From an uncultured Bacillota bacterium (GTDB taxonomy: Bacteria; Bacillota_I; Bacilli_A; RF39; UBA660), in the NCBI GenBank assembly GCA_947303895.1, contig CAMYZQ010000002.1, positions 1 through 50,252 on the forward strand: 50,252 nt of DNA, read 5' to 3'. Each line of letters opens with the position of its first letter. Position 1 is the stretch's first letter. A program made the position numbers and the translations under genes. A model generated the notes under the pieces. The model had not been told where the DNA came from, searched no databases, and saw only the letters and a list, made by a program, of their open reading frames with translations. Positions 18,401 to 26,435 of this stretch are shown here, piece by piece.

Positions 18401-21400
18401 TTCTTTTGTTACTCCATTATCATCAGTTATATAAGATTTTATATAACTTCCTGGATCTTTTCTCATTACTAATACATAGTAATATTTACCAGAAACAGAA
18501 GTGCTATCTAATGATCTTATAAATACTGGTTTATAATAATTTGTACCATCAATTACTTTAGTATCATAAGTAATAATATAAGAAATTGATGAATCGTCAT
18601 GAGTAACTTTTTCATATAAACCTAAAGCAAATGGATTAGCATCAGCTGGTAGGCTTTCTGGATTTAATGGGTTTGTTAAATCAACTTCAAATAAACCACT
18701 ATCAAAAGGTTTTACTTTTTGATTATCATCAGTAACGAATTGGAATAAACCATCTGAAATTAAGTGTGCAATATCATCAATGTTTACATAATATAAAGAA
18801 TTTTCAATCTCAGAATATATTGAAGATTCGACACCACAATTTCTAATTAAAGTTGTACCAGGACCTAATACTGCAAAATCTGTACTATCTTCATTTGTAT
18901 AGAATAATGCTTCACCGTTTCTTAATGTATATGTATTAATTGTTTCAGAATACATATTTTGTTCTACACTATCAAAAGTATCAAATAAAGTATATGATTT
19001 TAAATTTGAATTATTTGAATAAGTAGGTTCATTTAAGATCCAAAAGAATTTATATTTATCTTCTCTATCTAAAGTTATAGTAGCAATTTCTTGAATACTT
19101 ATTTCATTAGTACCAGAAATTACATTATTTATGATAGCAGAACTATTCCTTATTTCTGTTTTATAATTTTCATTATATGTTGATATTTCATAATAATTCT
19201 TAGTAGGATTAACTGTAAAATAAGGAATAATTTTTGCTTTAACGAAACTAGATAATGCAGAAACAGAAGCTTGCGGTGCTATATCAAATGAAGGTTTAAT
19301 AATAGTACCAGCACTACACGCATATACAGTATATCCAATTATAGTAGTTGCATCACTATCTTTAATAGGATTATATAATATAAAATATTCATTATTAGCT
19401 AATTTATAAGAAGCTCCTGCTGATATACCTTTATATAAAACATATTCAAAATGTACATTATTAGGAAAAGTCTTTGTTGGGTTAAAATGAGGTCTATATA
19501 ATGAAACAGTTTCATTATCTTTTAATGTATATGTTTTCCTAATAAATGATTCGATATTATCTACTGAATATGATGTTACTGAATCATTTTGAATATCAAT
19601 CTTAGCTTCACCAGTTATATTACTAATATTATCTATGTAACTAATATATTTCTGACTAAGATGATATATAAATGTTTTATCAGGTACTAAAAGTTGAGTA
19701 GTTCCAGCAAGAATAGATTTACACATAATATCTTTTTTCATAGATGATGAAATAATATTTGATAAATCTCTATAGGATTCTGGAGTATATATACTCATAT
19801 CCTCATCTACTGGTATATCAATATATAAATCTTCATTTTTATCATAATAAGTTGCTAACAAAGAATATGAAATAGGATCTATAGTAATATTTTTTATTCT
19901 ATCGTCACTCTTCTTAGCAATATCTACTAAATATTCTACAGATATAGGTAAACCAAAATCTACTTGTGAACTACTAACATTTTCATATAAACTAGCGACA
20001 ATATTACTAGAAATATCTGTTTGTGTTACTTCATCTAATACACTAAATGTAGAAATATTCATTACTACTGGGTATACTGCTTTAAACATTACAGTATGTG
20101 GTAGTAATGCTTCCACATCTATTTCATATACATTAGAATTATCTGCTGGTGGATTATCAAAAGCAGAATCATTAGCAATTAAAGTATAAATATCTTCTTC
20201 TTCATCATATAACCAATAAGATTTATTTGTGAGCCAAGAAGTATCTTCTGATTTCTTATAAGTGTTTTCCCCTAAAGATAAAATATCTTCATAAGTATGC
20301 TCAAGATGTGAAGTATCTCCTAATAAGGAGTTAAAATCAGGATATGGCTTCATCATAGTAAATGTTTGATTATAAGCAGTTTTATTATTTAAAGCTATAG
20401 CTTTTCTTAATAAATAAAACTTTAATGAGAATGGAGTTAAAGCATCTTTTGTTTTTGGAGCAATAGATTCTAATTCATACCAGTTTTCTTGCTTAGGATT
20501 ATGTACTCCAGAAGTATCAGCTTCAGATAAATCGTTATCATGAATTACATAGTATGTTTTACCAGAATCTACTGATGTATCTGTTGATTTTATAAACTTA
20601 TAATCAAAAGTAGATTCAATATTTGTATTATCTACAATTTGCTCTACTTTTACAATTAAAGTATCTAAATCATGGCTCTTGCTTATAATTTTATAAGTGC
20701 ATTGAATATCATTTGTTCTATCACACACAAAAGCATTAGAACAAATATCTAATTCTTGACTTCTAATATAGTTAAGATAATCTCTTAAGGTAATTAAAGT
20801 TTTAAATGTACCTACTGTTCTTTTATAATTTATATAAGCTTCATCAATTCCTTCTACATCTTTGTGACCAGAGGCTGAAGCAAAATTAGTAATTTTTACA
20901 TTACTAGAATCAAGAACAATGCCTTCAACGTCTCCTCCTACTGAAATAGGAGCTAAGAATTGATTTAATGATTGAGCAGGAATATTAGCAGTTTCTTGTG
21001 GAATTACTAAGTAAGTAATTTCAATACCACTTCCAAATAATTCTGCATAGTTATCAGGAAATTCTAGATAACAAGTATCAGTATTACTATCATATCCAAA
21101 AATATATCTTAATTCATCGTATGAATTTTCATATAAATTATTTACTCTTTTCCAAGAAGAATAATTTTCTTGGTTTGTATTTTTTATAAAAACTCCATTT
21201 TGAGAAACAAAAGAATGAGGAAAATATAATCTTCTCGATAACGGATCTACCATCTGAGCAGTAATAATCTTTTCATTCTCAAACTGATACTGTACTGCAG
21301 TACCTTCCATTGCTACTACATTAACTGCTTTACCATCTGTAGATAATATAGTATTAGATACTACAACCCCTTCTGCTCCTTCTGTCCCTATTATAGAATA

Positions 21401-21808
21401 TATATGAGCAGATTCTGAATCTGTAATAGGAGTAAATTTAGGAATTATATAAGATATTGAAGTGTCAGTAGTACTACCTATCCAAGATATTGAAACAGGA
21501 ACTGAAGCACTTTCATACCAATCCATATAATAACCTAACTGATCATATAATTGTCTAGCATTACCTTCTTGTGTCACTGAAAGTGGAAATGTTTCTAATA
21601 TATTTTTATCAATATTATAGTTACATTTATCAGCTATTAAAGCAGATAATTTTACTAGAATAACACCTGGATCAGATTCGTCAGATATAGATGGATCCCA
21701 TCTATATGTTAATTGCTTAATTAAATCTAAAACTTCTGTGTATATTGCTGAGAAATCTAGATTCGTATAAGAAATTTTTTGATTTTCATTTACTATGTCT
21801 TGTGCCAT
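15479..21808 (-). CDS. Giant (2109 aa) baseplate J-like protein with a long repeat-bearing extension
   Basis: The N-terminus DESDPGVILVKLSALIADKCNYNIDKNILETFPLSVTQEGNARQLYDQLGY is typical of the baseplate J/gp6/gp47 family. The gene follows the gp25-like gene. The ORF is uninterrupted for 6.3 kb. Confidence 0.7.
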   Translation of the reverse strand: MAQDIVNENQKISYTNLDFSAIYTEVLDLIKQLTYRWDPSISDESDPGVILVKLSALIADKCNYNIDKNILETFPLSVTQEGNARQLYDQLGYYMDWYESASVPVSISWIGSTTDTSISYIIPKFTPITDSESAHIYSIIGTEGAEGVVVSNTILSTDGKAVNVVAMEGTAVQYQFENEKIITAQMVDPLSRRLYFPHSFVSQNGVFIKNTNQENYSSWKRVNNLYENSYDELRYIFGYDSNTDTCYLEFPDNYAELFGSGIEITYLVIPQETANIPAQSLNQFLAPISVGGDVEGIVLDSSNVKITNFASASGHKDVEGIDEAYINYKRTVGTFKTLITLRDYLNYIRSQELDICSNAFVCDRTNDIQCTYKIISKSHDLDTLIVKVEQIVDNTNIESTFDYKFIKSTDTSVDSGKTYYVIHDNDLSEADTSGVHNPKQENWYELESIAPKTKDALTPFSLKFYLLRKAIALNNKTAYNQTFTMMKPYPDFNSLLGDTSHLEHTYEDILSLGENTYKKSEDTSWLTNKSYWLYDEEEDIYTLIANDSAFDNPPADNSNVYEIDVEALLPHTVMFKAVYPVVMNISTFSVLDEVTQTDISSNIVASLYENVSSSQVDFGLPISVEYLVDIAKKSDDRIKNITIDPISYSLLATYYDKNEDLYIDIPVDEDMSIYTPESYRDLSNIISSSMKKDIMCKSILAGTTQLLVPDKTFIYHLSQKYISYIDNISNITGEAKIDIQNDSVTSYSVDNIESFIRKTYTLKDNETVSLYRPHFNPTKTFPNNVHFEYVLYKGISAGASYKLANNEYFILYNPIKDSDATTIIGYTVYACSAGTIIKPSFDIAPQASVSALSSFVKAKIIPYFTVNPTKNYYEISTYNENYKTEIRNSSAIINNVISGTNEISIQEIATITLDREDKYKFFWILNEPTYSNNSNLKSYTLFDTFDSVEQNMYSETINTYTLRNGEALFYTNEDSTDFAVLGPGTTLIRNCGVESSIYSEIENSLYYVNIDDIAHLISDGLFQFVTDDNQKVKPFDSGLFEVDLTNPLNPESLPADANPFALGLYEKVTHDDSSISYIITYDTKVIDGTNYYKPVFIRSLDSTSVSGKYYYVLVMRKDPGSYIKSYITDDNGVTKEVYVSDTVDTGCFKEVNLYKSSDLSNPKELGLYELATFNNNKFIDTYALNDNSSATSQNRFTATEDTSTIDRNILSGTKYSNLVLGDIGSYTTLDLSEALSVGPEALGLLSPIYKTYYIDSSGSAEAVVSYLTNPNEEGLYEKVDDNYILTSDTTPEILSIENSINIELFNERSSLYSADVSNSGFYYKPSAINTNYYYRNLNKSYLDAGVVLSEYEGAYSRSPLQYLFTLYSNTLSSADLNEADSTSQLEAIYSKWSSAVTYQYPYYPVPDYVSNNIYYYDAVVKYSSENYRCIVATSSETWDPTEWVKVDTTWVVQNFRQTTAGDPQTGRYIRVTSDSLIDKALIVRDIYPALEGETAAASNAYFYISEIWRSNFEGDTGFDTNYYVPDTSNPFIKLDTDRKLAALFPNSKNNVSEYGTIHIYFLPKFYLFNDFVRYTYKQYYEVKELYNRNCGEIKAWTCTALDNDYIRNDPIKNIGDLWTSLQTNTSLTLIQNDIESFSTDDTLIFEASEMSESYVNWPVFSNTECILDLDSYKVSYQRAGEDIIDLETMSVDEYKWRGYSSLILNTSSTSGQKLEYNHSLELYDSDSSITPIAVLSGDTQTNITFQLKYPVENKSGTFIDVSTVDILGENVLNELYAFVPFANGSYYAYDTSNYSTFLYFNSDVSGEGEDISYAPQEISLPIGLPAGHYLLGMNMKDDINLTANYIKKIEEGYNIDAPAVSSETLYDDMAYTFDSSYTNLLRSYANEGKNIFTGDRYEYLMLDIDSLHSLIKLPSLITYLTDKSPYELGWYVYVNGAYRLADNTYSDKGSSLLEVVDQSMFSGASPKEKGWYELDTSTYILSDDTSIDSGKTYYKEPEFYADLSTVDSSLEFEIDEDSKTVTYTVLDIFKYENNPALGEGFNDIRTKIQQLDDKEEYNYSFIPKSNDLIENPLNPKMFWNSNHVYNEFVIPQLNFDELSFRYITTKMNK

Positions 21809-21819
21809 TTATAAGCCCT

Positions 21820-22194
21820 TTAACCTTCATCAGTGTTAAGTAATGTTATTTTCATAAGATCTGATACAATACCTAAATCGTTTTTAGCCTTAATTGTAAC
21901 AGATACAAAATTATCTTGTACTGAAATATCTATATAATCTCTCTGTATAGCTGTTTGTGGCATATAAGAGAGAACAGCTTCATAAATATCATCTTTAACT
22001 AATTCTTTTAAAATATCATCTGCTGCTTGATCGAAAAGAATATGTTTAATATTAGTTCCGTAGTGAGGATCTCCAAATAATCCTCCTCTATTTGAATAAA
22101 GTAAATTTTTTAAATTACTTTTTATAGCATCATAATCTTTATATAAATTAATTGTAGCACCATTAAAAATATTAGGAAAACCTATAGAATACAT
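21820..22194 (-). CDS. Baseplate wedge protein, gp25/gpW-like
   Basis: 124 aa. Carries LLYSNRGGLFGDPHYGTNIKHILFDQ, a gp25-like signature. It lies directly upstream of the J-like gene. Confidence 0.65.
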   Translation of the reverse strand: MYSIGFPNIFNGATINLYKDYDAIKSNLKNLLYSNRGGLFGDPHYGTNIKHILFDQAADDILKELVKDDIYEAVLSYMPQTAIQRDYIDISVQDNFVSVTIKAKNDLGIVSDLMKITLLNTDEG

Positions 22195-22277
22195 TTAATT
22201 TCCTTTAAATACAACATATAAAAATCAATATATTGTTTTTTATTATAATAAAATATATACTAATAAAGTATTTATAA

Positions 22278-22309
22278 ACATATATAATATATAAATATAT
22301 TATATATGT
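22278..22309. repeat. Perfect 14-bp inverted repeat with a 4-nt spacer in a 186-bp AT-rich intergenic region
   Basis: acatatataatata-taaa-tatattatatatgt. I checked the arms as exact reverse complements. Confidence 0.9.
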
Positions 22310-22380
22310 GGCAGTAAACTGCTATACATAAAATTCAGACTATTGCAAAACAAAAAAAAGTTTGTAAGCATTTTATACTC

Positions 22381-23163
22381 CTAATCGGTTGTTTTTGTGT
22401 ATTCGCAAATAATATAGGCCGATGTGATATTGGTTAAATTTGAACCTACTTCAATATAGATATTACCACCCGAATAATATATGCCTATTTGATATGCGAA
22501 TGTACTTAAATGGGCTTTAGGTATTGGTGCTTGTGCTCCGCTCGACTCTTTCTCTATACCTCTCAATGTAACAAGAGTGTCGATGTTGCTCGGTGCGGTT
22601 ATAGTATTAAGACCTGTTGTTAGATTTGCTGGTATTACCTTCCTGTAAATAGGCTTTCCATCAATCCAAGTGCCTACTTGCTGTTCCTCTGTTGAATAAT
22701 TAGGAAATTCGACTTGAGGAGGAGCTACTCTTTCATACTTTATGCCATAGATTTTATAAGGGATAGCTCTATCCGACCAATTTGTATAAGCGTTCCCACT
22801 ATAGGTCATTTGCCCGTTTCCAAAAGTTATACCGCTTGTGTTAACAGAAAAATCTCTTGCAACGCCATTAATAAATGTTGAAGCATTTGTTGCTGTTTCA
22901 GTGTTAAGCAATTGATATGCAAGGTTACTTCCTGCTCCTACTGGGCATCGTACAGAATATGTATTAACAATGTTTCCTAAAAAAGTAGCAACTATTTCAA
23001 CTTCGTCATATTCGCTTAGATTAAGTCCTACTGTTTGCGCTGCAAAAGCCGCGGCAGGACTCGAATTCGTCCAAAGCAACTTTTTATACTCACTTGGTGT
23101 TGGTGGTAATACCTCATTCAGTATTGCTGTTAGGTCATTTTTTGTTATTGTTTCGCTAATCAT
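22381..23163 (-). CDS. Tail fibre/receptor-binding cassette protein; paralogue of the N-terminal domain of 24832..26424
   Basis: LLWTNSSPAAAFAAQTV..EYDEVEIVATF...AIPYKIYGIKYE parallels LLWTNENPFSQFAAQTL..DYDIVEIESY...CIPYRIYGIKIG in the 530-aa protein. Confidence 0.55.
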   Translation of the reverse strand: MISETITKNDLTAILNEVLPPTPSEYKKLLWTNSSPAAAFAAQTVGLNLSEYDEVEIVATFLGNIVNTYSVRCPVGAGSNLAYQLLNTETATNASTFINGVARDFSVNTSGITFGNGQMTYSGNAYTNWSDRAIPYKIYGIKYERVAPPQVEFPNYSTEEQQVGTWIDGKPIYRKVIPANLTTGLNTITAPSNIDTLVTLRGIEKESSGAQAPIPKAHLSTFAYQIGIYYSGGNIYIEVGSNLTNITSAYIICEYTKTTD

Positions 23164-23172
23164 AGATACTCC

Positions 23173-23709
23173 TTACTTCCAAGTGCCAATGGCGTGTGAA
23201 AGAATAGCAATACTCCTTGTGCCATTTGCTGAACACCATAAATATCCACCATAATATGTATTGCTGATAGTGCTTGGACAGAATGAAACCAATCCGCCAC
23301 CACCAAGCACACCAAATGTTATTGTCGGATTAGCATTAAACAATCCTGTAGGGAATGACCTATTCGTAATATCTGCATAGTATCCGTAGCCTTCCTGTGA
23401 TGAGAATGTTGTAGTCCCAATCTGCCGTCTTTCCCAACATTCTGCAATACCACTATTCCATTTTCGATATGTCCAACTATCACTTATGCCTTGTTCGATA
23501 ACATAATCTGCGAGATTTGCTCCTTGAGTATCAAGACTATTTACTAAATTTGTTATTTCAGTAGAAGTCATATCTGTAGAATTCATTTTAGCAGAATTAT
23601 CAAATTTTGAAATAGTATTTGCAGTAGGAATAGCTGAAGATGGAACATCTCCTCCACCTCCTCCATTTGATCCTGTATATTCTTGATTTTTATAATAAAT
23701 TTTTCCCAT
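23173..23709 (-). CDS. Tail fibre-associated protein (Gly-rich N-terminus, WTYRKW..ECW C-terminal domain)
   Basis: GGGGGD linker, SWTYRKWNSGIAECWERR motif, and position inside the fibre cassette. Confidence 0.45.
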   Translation of the reverse strand: MGKIYYKNQEYTGSNGGGGGDVPSSAIPTANTISKFDNSAKMNSTDMTSTEITNLVNSLDTQGANLADYVIEQGISDSWTYRKWNSGIAECWERRQIGTTTFSSQEGYGYYADITNRSFPTGLFNANPTITFGVLGGGGLVSFCPSTISNTYYGGYLWCSANGTRSIAILSHAIGTWK

Positions 23710-23717
23710 AAAATTAC

Positions 23718-24821
23718 CTATGCTGTTCTATGCCATCTATTAACTACGATATATGGTTGCATGTTATTATGCGCTTGCCCACCACCAGTTGGTCCTACAC
23801 CACCACTTGCTTCTGTTTGAGCAGAACGAGTACCTCCTGATGAAGCATAATTGTATCCCCAGTTAACAGCACTACCACCGGCATATAACATTGTATGTGT
23901 ATGACTTGGCATTTCATTAACAATTAAAGTATGTGTTGCTTCACCACCTGTATCACCTGCTATATAATTTTGACCAGCACTTACGTGTACTTGACCTTCT
24001 GTTTCTAATACCCAAGTACCACCAAAAGCGATATTAGGATCAAATGTAGTATCAGAAGTTTCATAATAACTCCCTACTGGATAGAAATAATTCACCATAG
24101 AAAGTAAACTAGTATCTGAAAAACTTTGATCTTGTGCTTTTATAATATAATTTGTTACTACTGTATTAGGTTGAACAGTTGTTGAATTACCATAAATGGA
24201 ATTTGAATTTGAAGCACTAAAATTAATAGGACTTCTATATGCATTCGTTATACCAGAACCAGAAATTTCAAGTGCTCCAGAAACACCATCACTAAATATA
24301 GTTTCACCTGCAGTCCTTATAGCGCCACTTGCAGAAACAACTGTATTATTTCCTGCAGCTGAGGGTTGTAACAAAGCCTGCCCTTCAATATTTGGAAGTC
24401 CAGCATCAACTTCATCGCCAAGAGAATAAGTAATACTATCTATAGTACCTGCGCCAGTAATAACTCTACCTTGTAAATCTGGAAGATTGAAAGTAGTAAT
24501 ACCATCTCCAGAACCAAATAAAGTTCCAATCACGGTAAATAATTCACTATATAAGCTTCTACTAACTGCTGAACCGTCACACAGTAACCAACCAGAAGGA
24601 GCAGAAGATCCACCATAAGCTTGTATAGAGCCTATTGGGGCTGGATCATTTACTATAATCGTATCAGGAATACTGTCTGTTATAAAATAAATAGTTCCAT
24701 TATTTTTTTCAGCTAATGTTAAAGCATCATATCTAGCTTGAGTCATCTCTACACAGTTTTTACCTGTTATAGTTATATCGGCTACGCCATATTCTTTACC
24801 TGTTTTATAAATATAAGGCAT
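23718..24821 (-). CDS. Tail fibre protein with phage tail-collar domain(s)
   Basis: SGWLLCDGSAVSRSLYSELFTVIGTLFGSGDGITTFNLPDLQGRV is a canonical tail-collar motif. GDTGGEATHTLIVNEMPSHTH...AHNNMQPY is also present. I moved the start to ATG 24821 (MPYIYK) because AGGAGG lies 6 nt upstream. Confidence 0.75.
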   Translation of the reverse strand: MPYIYKTGKEYGVADITITGKNCVEMTQARYDALTLAEKNNGTIYFITDSIPDTIIVNDPAPIGSIQAYGGSSAPSGWLLCDGSAVSRSLYSELFTVIGTLFGSGDGITTFNLPDLQGRVITGAGTIDSITYSLGDEVDAGLPNIEGQALLQPSAAGNNTVVSASGAIRTAGETIFSDGVSGALEISGSGITNAYRSPINFSASNSNSIYGNSTTVQPNTVVTNYIIKAQDQSFSDTSLLSMVNYFYPVGSYYETSDTTFDPNIAFGGTWVLETEGQVHVSAGQNYIAGDTGGEATHTLIVNEMPSHTHTMLYAGGSAVNWGYNYASSGGTRSAQTEASGGVGPTGGGQAHNNMQPYIVVNRWHRTA

Positions 24822-24831
24822 ATATTTCCTC

Positions 24832-26424
24832 CTAAGCAACACGATGCCAAATAACTACTAAAATTGCTGGTGGCTGAACTGTAGTTGAATTACCATATAT
24901 TGAATTTGAAAGGGAAGCATTTATACCTATATCTGACCATCCTGAGCCTGCTGCACGTCCACTAAGATAATATTGAGTACCTGACATACTTTCAGCATAT
25001 AAGGCTCCAGAAAAAGATCCACCTGAATATGGACTACCAGAATAAGTAGTATTTGCATGTGCTACACCTGTAATATTAGGAAGTCCCGCAGCGACCTCAT
25101 CACCAACTTTACTATTATTTGTTGTAGCCTGTAAAAATTTTCCTTCTTCTACTTTTTCCCAAGTTCCACCCCATCGTATATTTGGGTCAAAAGTTGCATC
25201 AGAAGTTTCATAATAGCTTCCTATTGGATAAAAGAAATCAAGTTGTGATTGATTTTCGGATAATGCAGATTTAGCTTTGATTATGTAGTTTGTTACTACA
25301 TAAGGCTGCATGTTATTGTGAGCTTCATCATTACCAAATTTATATCCAACATCAGCCCAAGATTCAGCTCCAGATGTTGCCCCAGTAGTTTGATATTGTG
25401 AAGCAACTCGTGTGCCATAAAAATGACCATTAACGTGATAAACATGAGTACCGTGTTCTTGCCCATGCCAAGCTAAATGGCCATCAATTAATGGTAACTC
25501 ATTTTCAACAAGAGTATGAGTAGATTCTCCACCAGTATCTCCTAAACCATAAGTTGCACTCGCACCAACTGCGACGTTTCCTCTCAAATCCGGAATATTA
25601 AATGTTGTACTTCCATCACCAGCTCCATAGGTTGTTCCTATTACTAAGAATAATTCAGAATATGCTGTTCTACTTATAGCTCTACCATCACATATAAGCC
25701 AATAAGACGGATCAACTGTGCCACCATAAGGAGCAATCATTCCTATTGGAGTATTATCATCTAGAAATACATTTTTAGATATTCCATCTGTTATAAAATA
25801 AACAGTACCGTCATCTTTTTCTACTTCTGGAAGAATATCGAACTCAGCTTGAGACATTTCTTCATGGCTAGTATCTCCAATATTAAGATCATCTGAAGAA
25901 AGTCCTTCAACTAAAGTAACTCCATTTATAGAAGGCTTGTGTATAAGAAGATTATAATCACTAGTACCTCTACCTTCTACATCCTCTGTACCTGAACCAA
26001 TTTTAATGCCATAAATACGATATGGAATACACATATCATTTCTCATAGCCCAGTTATTATTTGGATAACCACCATAAGCATTATCAAATACTATTCCAGA
26101 TGATGATGGAGTAACTTTTCTAGTAGCAAACCAGAAAACGCCTGAAGCATAATTACTACCACCAAATGCTCCTGATTGCATACAACCAGTTTCATTCATA
26201 TGTACTGTTATAGGTATAGTAGTTTGTCTATTAGAAGAATTAGTAATATAAATATAGGATTCTATTTCTACAATATCATAATCTTCTAATTCTCCTTGAG
26301 TTAATAATGTTTGAGCAGCAAATTGTGAAAAAGGATTTTCATTAGTCCATAAAAGAGTTTTTCTTTCTACTTTAGATAAATAATGAGAAGCATTATTTAC
26401 CCATTTTTTCATATCTAATTCCAT
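24832..26424 (-). CDS. Tail fibre protein with phage tail-collar domain(s)
   Basis: YWLICDGRAISRTAYSELFLVIGTTYGAGDGSTTFNIPDLRGNV and GDTGGESTHTLVENELP...AHNNMQPY. RBS AGGAG lies 8 nt upstream. Confidence 0.75.
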   Translation of the reverse strand: MELDMKKWVNNASHYLSKVERKTLLWTNENPFSQFAAQTLLTQGELEDYDIVEIESYIYITNSSNRQTTIPITVHMNETGCMQSGAFGGSNYASGVFWFATRKVTPSSSGIVFDNAYGGYPNNNWAMRNDMCIPYRIYGIKIGSGTEDVEGRGTSDYNLLIHKPSINGVTLVEGLSSDDLNIGDTSHEEMSQAEFDILPEVEKDDGTVYFITDGISKNVFLDDNTPIGMIAPYGGTVDPSYWLICDGRAISRTAYSELFLVIGTTYGAGDGSTTFNIPDLRGNVAVGASATYGLGDTGGESTHTLVENELPLIDGHLAWHGQEHGTHVYHVNGHFYGTRVASQYQTTGATSGAESWADVGYKFGNDEAHNNMQPYVVTNYIIKAKSALSENQSQLDFFYPIGSYYETSDATFDPNIRWGGTWEKVEEGKFLQATTNNSKVGDEVAAGLPNITGVAHANTTYSGSPYSGGSFSGALYAESMSGTQYYLSGRAAGSGWSDIGINASLSNSIYGNSTTVQPPAILVVIWHRVA

Positions 26425-26435
26425 AAAAATCTCTC

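Noticed and set aside
22381-26424. Diversity-generating retroelement (TR/VR pair) or a Gin/Cin-type invertible host-range switch as explanations for the repeated fibre modules.
   Set aside because: No reverse transcriptase or recombinase gene is in the window. The repeated modules are all in direct orientation inside intact ORFs. Nucleotide differences between copies at ~24181 and ~24883 are not adenine-specific.
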